This document shows positions 45,691 through 55,010 of a stretch of DNA of 64,000 nucleotides, piece after piece. The position numbers were made by a program, and so were the translations under genes. Position 1 is the stretch's first letter, and each line of letters opens with the position of its first letter. The notes under the pieces are model-generated. The model saw only the letters and a program-made list of their open reading frames with translations. It was not told where the DNA came from and made no database searches. Location: contig JAKIWX010000002.1 in NCBI GenBank assembly GCA_022749845.1, forward strand, positions 478-64,477. Reading direction: 5' to 3'. The DNA is from Thermoplasmata archaeon. GTDB lineage: Archaea > Thermoplasmatota > Thermoplasmata > Lutacidiplasmatales > UBA184.

Positions 45691-46293
45691 CGACGCCTTC
45701 CGGCTCGCTCCCCGCGGGTCCCGGGGAGGAGCCCACGAGGGGTGGGGGCCCCTCCCCGCGAACGGACCCGCCCGGGGCTCGTTCGGCCCGGGCATCGTCA
45801 GCGGGGAGTACCGGCAGCTTACGCCGGGAAAAGCTTCCGTGGCGCCGGACCGGAACGCGAGGCGGGGAGGTCGAGCCGCTCCGCTACACGCGCCGGTGTT
45901 CGAGGAACGGTCCCACGTTCCGTCGAGCCGGGCCAGGGAAGGCGTTCGAGTCGTGCCGAGGTCCGGTTCCCGCGGGAAGGGGAACGGGGTTCGGGGCGCG
46001 ACTCCGTCGGTCTGGGTCGTTCGTCATCGGGCAGCTCTCGGCGCGCGGGAGGGGGCGGGAAGAGTGCGGGGACGTGAACGATCGACCGTGTGTTTGCGCC
46101 CGGCGATACGCGGGCAAGGGGTCGGGCCTAGGCTCGACCCTGAACGGTGAACGGAGAAAGGGGACGGAAGAAGAATCCTCAAAAATCGGTCCCAGGGTGA
46201 AGGTCCCCGCCGCACGCGGGAGACGCGGTGCCGTCTCCCTCGAGCGATTTGGGCGGGGACCTTCGGGGTGGTGAAGGAGAGACGGGAGCCGTG

Positions 46294-46872
46294 CTACTTG
46301 AAGCGGGGCGGGAGGGGTCGCGAAACGCTCCGACGGCTGGGGGCTTCGTGCTGCCGCGGGCGTGGAGCTGCCTCTGCCGGGACCTGGACATGGCTCGGGG
46401 GAGCTTCGGTGGGAAGTCGGGCCGGGATCGCGGGCTCGATGTCGTGGCTCGCGAGCGGCATGCGGCCGGCGTCCACCGGAGCGCGGGGCCGGAGCCATCG
46501 GAGCCCCCAGTCCCGGAGCTCGCGCGCCGCGGGAGCAAGGCCGAGCCCCATCTCGGTGAGCGAGTAGACCACAACGAACGGCTGCGTGCTCACGACGTTG
46601 CGCTGCACGACCCCTGAGCCCTGGAGGAACTTGAGCGTCGCCGAGAGGGTCTTCGCGTTCAGGTGCGGGTTCGAGCGCAGGAGCTCGCTGAACCGCTGGG
46701 GACCCTCGAGGAGGCGGTGGATGATGGCAAGCCGCCATTCGGTGCCGATGACGTTGATCGCCGCCACCACCGGGCACATCGCACCGCTCTCCTCGGCGCA
46801 GGGTATCCGGCGGCCAGAGGAATCGACGAAACGCTCGCCGGGTCCGGTCGGATGGGTGGGTGCGTTGGTCAT
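46294..46872 (-). CDS. HxlR-family winged-helix transcriptional regulator with long C-terminal tail
   Basis: CPVVAAINVIGTEWRLAIIHRLLEGPQRFSELLRSNPHLNAKTLSATLKFLQGSGVVQR is the HxlR signature. About 75 extra Pro/Ala-rich residues at the C-terminus. Confidence 0.8.
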   Translation of the reverse strand: MTNAPTHPTGPGERFVDSSGRRIPCAEESGAMCPVVAAINVIGTEWRLAIIHRLLEGPQRFSELLRSNPHLNAKTLSATLKFLQGSGVVQRNVVSTQPFVVVYSLTEMGLGLAPAARELRDWGLRWLRPRAPVDAGRMPLASHDIEPAIPARLPTEAPPSHVQVPAEAAPRPRQHEAPSRRSVSRPLPPRFK

Positions 46873-46906
46873 GGACGGATCCTCGAGGCCCGGAGGGGTA
46901 AAGGGG

Positions 46907-46945
46907 ATTTAAGGTTACTCAAGGTTAGCGAATTGCACAAGGTTA
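46907..46945. promoter_or_regulatory. Divergent promoter region: ATTTAA TATA-like element plus three direct AAGGTTA repeats
   Basis: AAGGTTA at 46911-46917, 46921-46927 and 46939-46945. ATTTAA at 46907-46912, about 35 nt upstream of the hxlR-like start (46872). Confidence 0.4.
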
Positions 46946-47015
46946 CCCGCTATCGTACGGCCGTCGTTCCCGAGGAGCGCAACGGCCATCTTCCGGGCGA
47001 CGGTCGAGGTGGGGA

Positions 47016-47633
47016 ATGGCCGAGCGACCCGCACCCGTCCGCCTCACCGTCGAGCGCGAGCTCCCCGCCTCGGGAGCCGCCGGCGTCGAGCGGGTGCGCC
47101 TCAGCCGGGAGCTCGAGCCCGGCGAGGACGGCCTTCTCACCCCCGAGCGCGTCTCGGCGGAGCTCGCCTCGCTGCGGGCCTCTCTCGACGGCGCCCTCCG
47201 CTCGCTCGGGCTCGCGGGCGCCCCTCCGCGCGAGCGACCCCTCGAGGAGCTGCTCGAGACCTACCGCCCCCGCCAGGGGGAGCTCGTCGAACTCCTAAGG
47301 GAGGACGGGGAGATCTCGGAGCTCGAGTACGGCTCCCTCCGCGCCTACCTCGGGAGCGGTTCGGGAGCCGGAACCGTGGCGTCTTCCGGGGGCGCCGAGG
47401 CATCTCCCTTCGTTCGCCCTGTCACCGAGCGGCCGATCGCTGCGGCGCCTCTCGAAGGGGACCGCACCCCCTCGAACCCGCGCGCAGTAAGCGTGCTCCT
47501 CGAGACCTTCCGCATCGCCTCCCTCAAGCAGGCGGGGGCGGTTCGGGCGCGACGGCAGATCTCCTTCGACGAGTACATGGCGCTCAAGCGCCACTTCTCG
47601 CGCGCCGAAGAGACGCCGGCGGCGCCTCCCTAG
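47016..47633 (+). CDS. Hypothetical protein
   Basis: 205-aa ORF with non-artefactual composition (E/L-rich helical segments). Divergent from the HxlR-like gene. Its stop shares CTAG with the convergent MFS gene. Confidence 0.45.
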   Translation: MAERPAPVRLTVERELPASGAAGVERVRLSRELEPGEDGLLTPERVSAELASLRASLDGALRSLGLAGAPPRERPLEELLETYRPRQGELVELLREDGEISELEYGSLRAYLGSGSGAGTVASSGGAEASPFVRPVTERPIAAAPLEGDRTPSNPRAVSVLLETFRIASLKQAGAVRARRQISFDEYMALKRHFSRAEETPAAPP

Positions 47634-48844
47634 TACGCGAGTCGCCGTAGCACCGGCACGGCCAGGGTGCCCGCCGCGAGGAGAAGGAAGTAGGCGGCGG
47701 TGAGGCCGCCGAGTCCGGCCACGCCGGCGCTCGCGCCCACCACCCCAAGAACGAGCGCCCCACCCGTTCGGGCCGTACCGCGTAACAGGTAGCCGTCTGC
47801 GACGGTGCGCGCGAGCAGCTCGGGGGGGCTCGCCGCCTGGAGGTAGGCAAGGAAGACGAGCCAGTACGTCCCGTCGACGATCCCGATCGCCCCCCAGAGC
47901 GGGACCGCCGAGGGGAGCGCGCTCGGGACGAGGAGCAGGAGCGCGAAGAGCGCTCCCTCCGCCGCGAGCGCGCCTACGAGGAGTTGTCCGACCCGGGAGC
48001 GCAGGTTCGCGGCGCCCACGGCGAGCGACCCGAGGATCCCCCCCACGCCGAAGCTCGCGAACAAGACTCCGTAGGCGAGGCTCGGGTTCGTGAACCGGGT
48101 CGAGGTGAGTAGCGGCAGGAGGAGTAGCGGCGCCGGGGAGATGAACCCCTGGACCGCGCCCCAGAGCGTGAACGGTCGCAAAGAACCCGAGGCGCGGCCG
48201 AACAGGTAGCGGAACCCGTCGGCGAGCCCGGAGAGGAACGGCGGGCGCGAACGCGGCCCGGCCGGAAGCGCCAGGCCCGCCGACGCCGCAGCCGCCGCAA
48301 GGTTCAGCGCACCGTACGCGAGGAGACCGCCGGCGGGCCCGACGAAGACGAGGAGGAGGGCACCCGCGGTGTAGCCGGCGACCTGGTTGCCCCCGGTCGC
48401 GGCCGCGAGCAGCCCGTTCGCGCGGAAGAGCCGCTCCGGGGGAACGAGCCGCGGGGGGGCCGCGTTCGTCGCGGGCCACGTGAAGTCCCACACGAAGGAG
48501 AGCCCGGCGACGAGCGGCAGGAGGGTGAGGAGCGAGAGGGAACGGCTCGTGGCGAGGAAGGCGATCGCGAACGCCCCCGCCGCCTGGAGCGGGTACCCCA
48601 CGAGCCAGACCGACCGGAGGTCGCGCGCCCGGTCGACGACGGGGCCCGCAAGGAAGGCGAGCGCGTACACGCCGAACTCGACGCCGAGGACGAGCCCCAC
48701 GACGCTCAAGCTTCCGAACTCGCGGTAGGCGAGCCAGACGATCGAGAGGGCGTAGAGGGCGTACCCCGCCTCGCCGGTCGCGGCCGAGAGGAGGAGGAGC
48801 GCGAACCGCCGGTCGCGCAGGAGCGCCCGGTACCCGTCCGCCAT
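47630..48844 (-). CDS. MFS transporter
   Basis: About 12 predicted TM segments. N-terminal YRALLRDRRFALLLLSAATGEAGY and GPVVDRARDLR loop motif typical of MFS. Confidence 0.85.
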   Translation of the reverse strand: MADGYRALLRDRRFALLLLSAATGEAGYALYALSIVWLAYREFGSLSVVGLVLGVEFGVYALAFLAGPVVDRARDLRSVWLVGYPLQAAGAFAIAFLATSRSLSLLTLLPLVAGLSFVWDFTWPATNAAPPRLVPPERLFRANGLLAAATGGNQVAGYTAGALLLVFVGPAGGLLAYGALNLAAAAASAGLALPAGPRSRPPFLSGLADGFRYLFGRASGSLRPFTLWGAVQGFISPAPLLLLPLLTSTRFTNPSLAYGVLFASFGVGGILGSLAVGAANLRSRVGQLLVGALAAEGALFALLLLVPSALPSAVPLWGAIGIVDGTYWLVFLAYLQAASPPELLARTVADGYLLRGTARTGGALVLGVVGASAGVAGLGGLTAAYFLLLAAGTLAVPVLRRLAY

Positions 48845-48853
48845 CGCCGGACC

Positions 48854-50119
48854 CTACACGGCCGGCGCGGGCAGGAGGAGGATCGCGACCGAGCCGACGT
48901 CGGTGATCCCGGCGCGCATCGGCAGCTCTCCTCGCACGGGGCCGCCTTTCGCGTCGAGGCGCAGGAACCGCCCGGCACCTGGCGCCGCCTCCCCCCCCGC
49001 CGTAGGGAGGAGAGCCACCACCGCCTCGCGTCGAGAGAGGCCGGCCCGAGCCGCCTCTAGAAAGGCGTCCACGGCACCCGCGGGGATCGCCCCTTCGAAG
49101 CCTCCGAGCGTCACTCCCGCGAACACGGCGAGCCCCTGGGAGGCGCCGCTGCCCCGGCTCCCGATGGCGGGGAGCCGTCCGCCGAGACCGCGCAGCTCGG
49201 CTTCGCTTCGCTCCAGGAGGAGCGCGGCCGCCTCGGACGGGGGAAGCGGGGTCGACAGGGTAGCTAGCCGCGTGAACCAGCGCCGGTCCACGAGCGCGTC
49301 GCCCGCGGAGCGGATCGCGTCGACGGGGCCGGCCACCACGACAGGTCGGGAAGGGGGACGGCCGACCGGCGGAGGTCCCGACTCCGGAGCGTAGGACAGG
49401 CGGGGGGTGGGCCCCCCGAGCCGGCCGAGCGCGGAGCTCGCGCGGGCTCGCTCCTCGTCCGAGACAGGTACGGTCGGACCGCCACCGACCAGCGCGCCGC
49501 CGAGCCCCTCGTCAACGATGAGCGTCTCCACGTCGGCGCCGGTGAGCGACGGGAGTCGACCCCCGGTCCCTCCCGTCCCGAACACTCGAGCGAGCGTGGC
49601 CGCCTCGATCGAGCCGAGCTCGTGCGCCGCGCGCAGGAGCAGCGTGCCCCAGGCGGTGCCGTCGACTCCCTCGGGCGGCTCGGCGAGAGAGCCCGCGGCC
49701 CCGGGGCTCAACAGGAGGAGGAGGAGGTCCGGCTCGCCGAGCCCCGCGGCGAGCTCGAGCACCGCGCGGGAGGCCTCGAGCCCTCGCGGCGTCCCGGGCA
49801 CGGCCGACGGAACCACGAGCGAGTGGAACGGCACGCTCTCGGGGAGCGCGACCGGTCCGGCGGAGTACCCTTGGGTGAGACGCTCCCCGAGCGCCTCCGA
49901 CGCGGCGAGGGCGAGGGACGCGGAGGCGTTGCCGAGCGCGACAAACGCGATCTCCCGGTACCGGCCTATCTGTACGAACCTGTTGCCGAGCCGCAGGATA
50001 CCCCGATCGACGCGCAGGGCCGAGCGGACGCCCCGGTAAGCATCGGCGCCGGTCACAGCGGCCCGGTACGCGGCCGTCAGGAGCGAGACGGGGTTCCACG
50101 TCTCGTTCTCCACGGGCAC
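48854..50119 (-). CDS. Divergent MOFRL / glycerate-2-kinase family protein
   Basis: DUF4147-like N-terminus (LLTAAYRAAVTGADAYRGV...IAFVALGNAS...) and MOFRL-like C-terminus (...AGITDVGSVAILLL). Several family motifs look substituted from memory. GTG 50119 chosen to avoid overlap with the divergent gene. Confidence 0.55.
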   Translation of the reverse strand: MPVENETWNPVSLLTAAYRAAVTGADAYRGVRSALRVDRGILRLGNRFVQIGRYREIAFVALGNASASLALAASEALGERLTQGYSAGPVALPESVPFHSLVVPSAVPGTPRGLEASRAVLELAAGLGEPDLLLLLLSPGAAGSLAEPPEGVDGTAWGTLLLRAAHELGSIEAATLARVFGTGGTGGRLPSLTGADVETLIVDEGLGGALVGGGPTVPVSDEERARASSALGRLGGPTPRLSYAPESGPPPVGRPPSRPVVVAGPVDAIRSAGDALVDRRWFTRLATLSTPLPPSEAAALLLERSEAELRGLGGRLPAIGSRGSGASQGLAVFAGVTLGGFEGAIPAGAVDAFLEAARAGLSRREAVVALLPTAGGEAAPGAGRFLRLDAKGGPVRGELPMRAGITDVGSVAILLLPAPAV

Positions 50120-50221
50120 TGGCCGCTCGAGACGAGCTCGGCCGCATAGCGATTGTGCGATTCGTGAAGCCCGCGGCGCGAGCCTCTTAACTGCCGGCCC
50201 GCTCCGAGCGCCGTTCGACCC

Positions 50222-51067
50222 ATGCCGCACCAGCGTTCGTTGCGCCCCAGCATCCGGGCCGGGGCCGCGCGGGCCGTGGTGGGCGACCCGCACGCGCGGA
50301 TCCACGTAGCGCCCGTGGGGTTCGAGGTGGAACGGGTCGTTGACCCGGTCCTAACGGAGCGCGCGGACCGAGTCTACCTGCTCACCCGCGAGAGCGACGA
50401 TGCGGCGCAGCCGTTCGTCGAGGAGGTGCGCCGACGCCTGTCCCGGGCCGCGTGGCCGGTCGAGGTGCGTCTCGTGCGGACCGACATCTGGGACGTCTTC
50501 GGGGCGCTCGCGGAGCTCCGGAAGATCTTCACGGCTGAGCGTCGCACCGACCGCCACGCGCTCGATGTCGTGCCGATCCGCGTGAACGTCTCCACGGGTA
50601 CGAAGATCACGGCGATCGCCGGTACGCTCGCCTGCATGCTCTGGAAGGGGGAGCCGTACTACGTCCAGGTCTCGAAGGCCTGGTATTCGGGGATCACGCC
50701 GAAGGTGAAGTCGGTGAACGACATCGTCGCGCGGATCGATCCGGTCTCGGTCTACGAGCTCCGCGCGCCGTCGCGCGAGCTCGTCGAGGTGCTCGAAGCG
50801 CTCGACCGCCGCGGGGGCCGCCTCCCGAAGCGCGAGTTGATCCGGGAGCTGGGCCTCGACCGCCCGGTCGAGGGCACGGGGCACACCCCCTCCCCGCAGG
50901 CGCAGCACAGCCGCCTTCGCAACCGCCTCGAGCCGCTCGAGAACCGGTGGGGGTTCGTCGCGGGTGAACGGAGCGGCGCGCGCGGCCGAGTCGGGATCAC
51001 TCCCCAGGGAAGGCTCGCGCTCGCGCTGTTCGGTCGTGGGTCGCCCGCGCCCGCTCCCGAGGATTAA
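50222..51067 (+). CDS. HFX_2341/DUF6293-like putative regulator (Csa3/CARF-like Rossmann N-domain plus wHTH)
   Basis: IHVAPVGFEVERVVDPVLTERADRVYLLT resembles the Csa3/HFX_2341 N-terminal strand-loop pattern. C-terminal wHTH-like LVEVLEALDRRGGRLPKRELIRELG. True start may be a GTG near 50276. Confidence 0.55.
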   Translation: MPHQRSLRPSIRAGAARAVVGDPHARIHVAPVGFEVERVVDPVLTERADRVYLLTRESDDAAQPFVEEVRRRLSRAAWPVEVRLVRTDIWDVFGALAELRKIFTAERRTDRHALDVVPIRVNVSTGTKITAIAGTLACMLWKGEPYYVQVSKAWYSGITPKVKSVNDIVARIDPVSVYELRAPSRELVEVLEALDRRGGRLPKRELIRELGLDRPVEGTGHTPSPQAQHSRLRNRLEPLENRWGFVAGERSGARGRVGITPQGRLALALFGRGSPAPAPED

Positions 51068-51079
51068 TGCTCGTTCCGC

Positions 51080-51097
51080 ATTTAACGGATTTAACGG
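51080..51097 (+). repeat. Tandem direct repeat ATTTAACGG x2
   Basis: Copies at 51080-51088 and 51089-51097, 13 nt after the regulator stop, followed by TAAATAT (51107-51113). Confidence 0.8.
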
Positions 51098-51338
51098 AAA
51101 CGTAGCTAAATATCCCGGACCCCTCGCTCCCTCGTGACGTCGCGGGATCGCCGGGCGGGCTTCGGTGTCCCCCCGGACCGACGCGGACGGACGCTAGTGC
51201 ACTGGGCGGCCTTCGGGCCGCGGCCCACGCGTCCGACCGCTCCGCGGCCCACCCCGCGGGGAGCGCTGCGAGGCTCGCCCCGGCCGGAGAGGTGCTCTCC
51301 GTCCGGAGGAGCTCGCGCGCCTCCCCCGCCGGCGAACG

Positions 51339-51345
51339 AATAAAT
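51339..51345 (+). promoter_or_regulatory. TATA-like AATAAAT about 21 nt upstream of ATG 51366
   Basis: Isolated A/T heptamer with spacing compatible with a leaderless transcript. Confidence 0.4.
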
Positions 51346-51365
51346 CCCACGTCGCTCCCCGGGCG

Positions 51366-51842
51366 ATGGACCTCCGGTCGATTCGAAGTCGCCTCGCGCT
51401 CGTGCAGCAGGGGGCGGTCATCGGCTGGGCGTTTGGCACCGACTCCCTCGCGGGACTTCTCCGTGGGGCGGAGCTGCTCCGCGAGAACATGCTCGAGCCG
51501 TCCTCCTTCCGAGCCGGGCCGGACGGCCTACGCTTTCAACTTCGGAACCCTCCGCTCCGTACCGGCGCGTTTGCTTCCGTCTCGGCCCGGGTGGACGGCG
51601 TCCCGATTTCCCCCGAACGGGCGTTCGTCGACCCGGGGAGCGCAGGGGTGGAGCGGAGCTTCGCATCGATCGACCGTCGCTCCCCCGTCGAACTTGCGGT
51701 CGGGGTGCGCCACCGCTTCCGTCTGGAGACCGTCACGAAAGCCTCAGTCGGCGAGCACACGATCCGCTTGGAGCTACGAAGCGTCGCGATCCCGCCGACC
51801 TCCTGGCTCGAGTTCACCGAACGGTTCGAGGCGCTCGCGTGA
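51366..51842 (+). CDS. Hypothetical protein (158 aa) translationally coupled to the glucosidase-family gene
   Basis: Clean ATG ORF. Its TGA overlaps the GTG of the next gene. No family recognised. Confidence 0.5.
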   Translation: MDLRSIRSRLALVQQGAVIGWAFGTDSLAGLLRGAELLRENMLEPSSFRAGPDGLRFQLRNPPLRTGAFASVSARVDGVPISPERAFVDPGSAGVERSFASIDRRSPVELAVGVRHRFRLETVTKASVGEHTIRLELRSVAIPPTSWLEFTERFEALA

Positions 51843-54046
51843 GCTCCCGCCATGGCTCGCCTGGGCTCGACCTGCTCTGGGAGAGCCGCACCGCGGAACC
51901 CGAGCAGCCGGTGCTGCTCTCGGGACCCCGTTCCGAGGCCATCCTGTCGGGGTCGGGGGAGTTCACCTGGCCCCGAGAGTGCCGCGGCGCCCGCGCTGAA
52001 TGGGCCGGCGTAAGTGCGGACGGGATCCGGCTCGTCGCCGGTTGGAGGGTTCGGTTCGGGCGGCCCGGGGCGCTCGACGGACTCGAGCCGACGCTCCAGC
52101 GGCTCCGGGTCTACCGAGGATTGGCCGAGAGCGAGCACGCCTGGGAGCAACTCCATCTTCGGCAACGGGTGTATCCGGTCCTCTCCCCTCCCGGCGTGGC
52201 CCGGGAGCTCGAGCTCTCCTCGGCGGGGCCGGAAGCTGGACCGGCAGTCGTCGAGTGCGCGATCGAACCGTTCCTCGCTCCGCTGCTCCTCGAGGGCGTG
52301 AAGCCGTACGAATACACCCTCGAACTCGAGGGTTCCCGGCTCCTAGTCAGCGCGGCAGGCTCCGCGCTCTACTTCGACGCGTCGCCGTGTCCAACGGGCT
52401 GGACGCGGGATGGGAGCGCGTGGGACGGCGGCCGGTATCGGGGAGAGCTCCGTGAGGTCGGAGCCATCTGGAACTTCGAGTCGGGAGCGTCCCAGCTCCC
52501 ACGATTGCACCTCGAGGTGTGGGGTGGCCTCGAGAGGAACGCGATCGCCGCGGCGGAGCGTCGGCGATCCCCGGATCGCTCGAAGGATCCTGCGGCGCTC
52601 GAAGCCTACTACCGGGATTGGGAGGCACTCACGCCCGAACTTTCCCTCCCCGAGGCGCCGCAGCTCGAGGCGGCCTACCGACTCGCACGGGGGGCGCTCC
52701 GGTCCCTCTACTACGCACCCCTGCGTGGCCTCACGGGACTGCGGGCCGGCTACCCGTGGTACTCGGCGCTCTGGTGCCGCGACCTTGCGTGGATGCTGCC
52801 TGCGGTCCTCTGGATGGGGGATGCGGGCTGGACCGAGCGCTCGCTCCGCTCGGTGTTCGACTTCCAAGCCCCGGTACGCATTCCTATCCTAGGGGCGGAG
52901 ACGGGGGAGCTGCCGATGCAGCTCTCGCCAGGACCCGTGTTCCTGTACGGCACCTCCGACACTACGCTGTACTACCCGGGGATCGTGCGAAGGCACCTGG
53001 ACCACACCGGTGACCCCCGCCTCTCCCGCGAGCTCCGACCCGCGCTCGGCAAGGTCGGTACGTGGCTCGCCGCCCGGCAGGATCCCGCGACGGGGTGGAT
53101 CCGCAACGGGGGCGAGGTGGCGGCGATCAACGCGGCGACCGAGGGACTCACGGGGGTCCGGTTCGGGATCGATTCGGTGGACACCACCATCTGGGACTCG
53201 GCGGATCGTCGCGACCACGCGATCGACGTCCAAGTGCTCGGCATCGACGCCCTTCGGTCCCTGGGGGAGCTCGAAGGGCACGCCGGTCACCGGGACGCCG
53301 CCACCGCGGCGGCGCAGGCGGCGCGAAAGCTCGAGGTGGAGCTGCCCCGCGCCTACGACTGGCCCGAGGAGCGATACCTCGCGGACTCGATCCGTGGGGG
53401 AACCGTGGTGCAGGCGCTCCGGCCCAACGCGCTGCGGGCCGTCGCCGCGGGGCTGCTGAGCGTGCCCCACGGCCGGGCCGTCGTGCGGCGTGCCGCGGAG
53501 GAGGACCTCTCCACACCGTGGGGCGTGCGGACGCTTTCGAGCCGGGACGCGCGCTACGACCCGCTCGCCTACCACGAGGGGCAAGTGTGGCCGATCGCGA
53601 CGGCGTGGGCCGCGGAGGCGGCGCTCGCGGTGGGGGAACGGGAGCTCGGGCTCGGCTATCTCGAGCTGCTCGCCCGGACCCTCCTCGCCGAGCGCGGCTA
53701 CGCGAACGAGTGCTACCGCGGAGACCGGCCCGAGCCGTGGAACTCCTGCTTCCTCCTAGGGATGTCTTTCGCCCCGTTCCTTTCCCTCCTGTTCGAGCGG
53801 CTGTGGGGGATCGACCCCGAGCTCGGCGCGAGCACGATCCACCTGCGACCCGATCTCCCGCAGGGGTGGGGGACGGCCTCGCTCCGCGGCGTGCGGCTCG
53901 GGGGCGGTCGGCTCGACCTGCGCCGGGAGGGGAATCGGCTCGAGGCCGAGTACTCGGGTCCCTCGCCCGTCATGTTGACGGGGCCCGGCGGCGAAACCTC
54001 GGCCGCGAGCCGCTCGGCCCGGCTCTCGTTCGTCGTCGACCGATAG
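51839..54046 (+). CDS. Amylo-alpha-1,6-glucosidase / glycogen-debranching-enzyme family protein ((alpha/alpha)6 barrel)
   Basis: AGYPWYSALWCRDLAWMLPA, YGTSDTTLYYPGIV, LRPNALRAVAAGLL, PWGVRTLSSRDARYDPLAYHEGQVWPIATAW are GDE_C-type motifs. Confidence 0.8.
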   Translation: MSSRHGSPGLDLLWESRTAEPEQPVLLSGPRSEAILSGSGEFTWPRECRGARAEWAGVSADGIRLVAGWRVRFGRPGALDGLEPTLQRLRVYRGLAESEHAWEQLHLRQRVYPVLSPPGVARELELSSAGPEAGPAVVECAIEPFLAPLLLEGVKPYEYTLELEGSRLLVSAAGSALYFDASPCPTGWTRDGSAWDGGRYRGELREVGAIWNFESGASQLPRLHLEVWGGLERNAIAAAERRRSPDRSKDPAALEAYYRDWEALTPELSLPEAPQLEAAYRLARGALRSLYYAPLRGLTGLRAGYPWYSALWCRDLAWMLPAVLWMGDAGWTERSLRSVFDFQAPVRIPILGAETGELPMQLSPGPVFLYGTSDTTLYYPGIVRRHLDHTGDPRLSRELRPALGKVGTWLAARQDPATGWIRNGGEVAAINAATEGLTGVRFGIDSVDTTIWDSADRRDHAIDVQVLGIDALRSLGELEGHAGHRDAATAAAQAARKLEVELPRAYDWPEERYLADSIRGGTVVQALRPNALRAVAAGLLSVPHGRAVVRRAAEEDLSTPWGVRTLSSRDARYDPLAYHEGQVWPIATAWAAEAALAVGERELGLGYLELLARTLLAERGYANECYRGDRPEPWNSCFLLGMSFAPFLSLLFERLWGIDPELGASTIHLRPDLPQGWGTASLRGVRLGGGRLDLRREGNRLEAEYSGPSPVMLTGPGGETSAASRSARLSFVVDR

Positions 54047-54080
54047 ACCTCTTAACCCGACCGGGCCGTCGGGGTGGGCC

Positions 54081-55010
54081 GTGCCGAGCGCGATCCGGGT
54101 CGAGGGCCTCGCGAAGGCCTACGGACCGGTCCGGGCGGTGGACGGCATCAGCTTCGACGTACCCGAGGGGCATGTGTTCGCCTTCCTCGGCCCGAACGGC
54201 GCGGGGAAGACGACGACCGTCGAGATCCTCGAGGGGCTGCGCAACCGGAGCGCCGGCAGCGTCGAGGTGCTGGGGCTCGACCCGTGGAAGGACGGGGCGA
54301 AGCTTCACCAGCGGATCGGCGTCATCCCGCAGGAGTTCCGGTTCTTCGAGAAGATCCACCCGCGGGAGGCGATCACCTACTATTCGCGACTGTTCGACAC
54401 GCCGGCGGACCCGATCGCCATCCTGAAGCGGGTCTACCTCGAGGAAAAGGCGGACGCGAAGTTCGACACGCTTTCCGGCGGCCAGAAGCAGAAGCTCGGC
54501 CTCGCCCTCTCGCTCGTGAACGACCCGAAGGTGCTGTTCCTCGACGAGCCGACGACCGGGCTCGACCCGCAGGCGCGCCGCGGGATCTGGGAGGTGATCC
54601 GCTCGTTCAAGGCGGACGGACGCACGGTGTTCCTCACGACGCACTACCTCGAGGAGGCGTCGCTCCTCGCGGACGACGTGGCGATCATCCACCACGGCAA
54701 GATCATCGCCCGCGGGCCCCCCGAGACGATCGTCGCCGCGCACGGACGGCCGGACCGGCTGCGCTTCGAGGCGGGGCTCGAGGTGGCGCGGTACCTCTCG
54801 AGCCGCATCCCGTTCGCCGTGACGGCGGAGAACCACCACGTCGAAGTGGAGATCCGCGAGAAGGAGGACGCGATCAAGGTGCTCGCGGCGCTCGAGGAGA
54901 GCCACCTCCCGTGGGAGCGGTTCTCGGTGGTGCGGGACACCCTCGAGGACGTTTTCGTCCGGCTCGTGGGCCGCATGGACGACGGCGTGATCAAGTCGGA
55001 GGCCGCGTGA
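54081..55010 (+). CDS. ABC-2 type transporter ATP-binding protein
   Basis: Walker A GPNGAGKTT, signature LSGGQKQK, Walker B VLFLDEPTTGLD, H-loop TTHYLEE. Confidence 0.9.
   Translation: MPSAIRVEGLAKAYGPVRAVDGISFDVPEGHVFAFLGPNGAGKTTTVEILEGLRNRSAGSVEVLGLDPWKDGAKLHQRIGVIPQEFRFFEKIHPREAITYYSRLFDTPADPIAILKRVYLEEKADAKFDTLSGGQKQKLGLALSLVNDPKVLFLDEPTTGLDPQARRGIWEVIRSFKADGRTVFLTTHYLEEASLLADDVAIIHHGKIIARGPPETIVAAHGRPDRLRFEAGLEVARYLSSRIPFAVTAENHHVEVEIREKEDAIKVLAALEESHLPWERFSVVRDTLEDVFVRLVGRMDDGVIKSEAA

Noticed and set aside
43005-46274. 1089-aa plus-strand ORF, the longest in the window, plus similar giants (1947-2963 minus, 3534-5027 plus, 40460-42046 plus, 40509-42305 minus, 20867-23368 plus, 59927-61582 plus)
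   Set aside because: They are antisense or out of frame to genes with clear family motifs. Their composition is dominated by Arg/Gly/Pro/Ala runs with no recognisable motifs. This is the expected stop-codon-poor artefact of very GC-rich DNA.
42265-46293. Integrated mobile element or conjugative island around the TraG/HerA-like ATPase
   Set aside because: No integrase, transposase, tRNA target, T4SS components or flanking direct repeats were visible by eye. There is insufficient evidence to call a mobile element.
48854-50119. Calling the MOFRL-family protein an inactive pseudoenzyme
   Set aside because: My recollection of the family's catalytic motifs is not reliable enough without an alignment. 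It is reported only as divergent.
50120-50221. GCGATT-GT-GCGATT direct repeat in the divergent promoter between the MOFRL gene and the HFX_2341-like regulator
   Set aside because: A hexamer repeated twice is too short to distinguish from chance.
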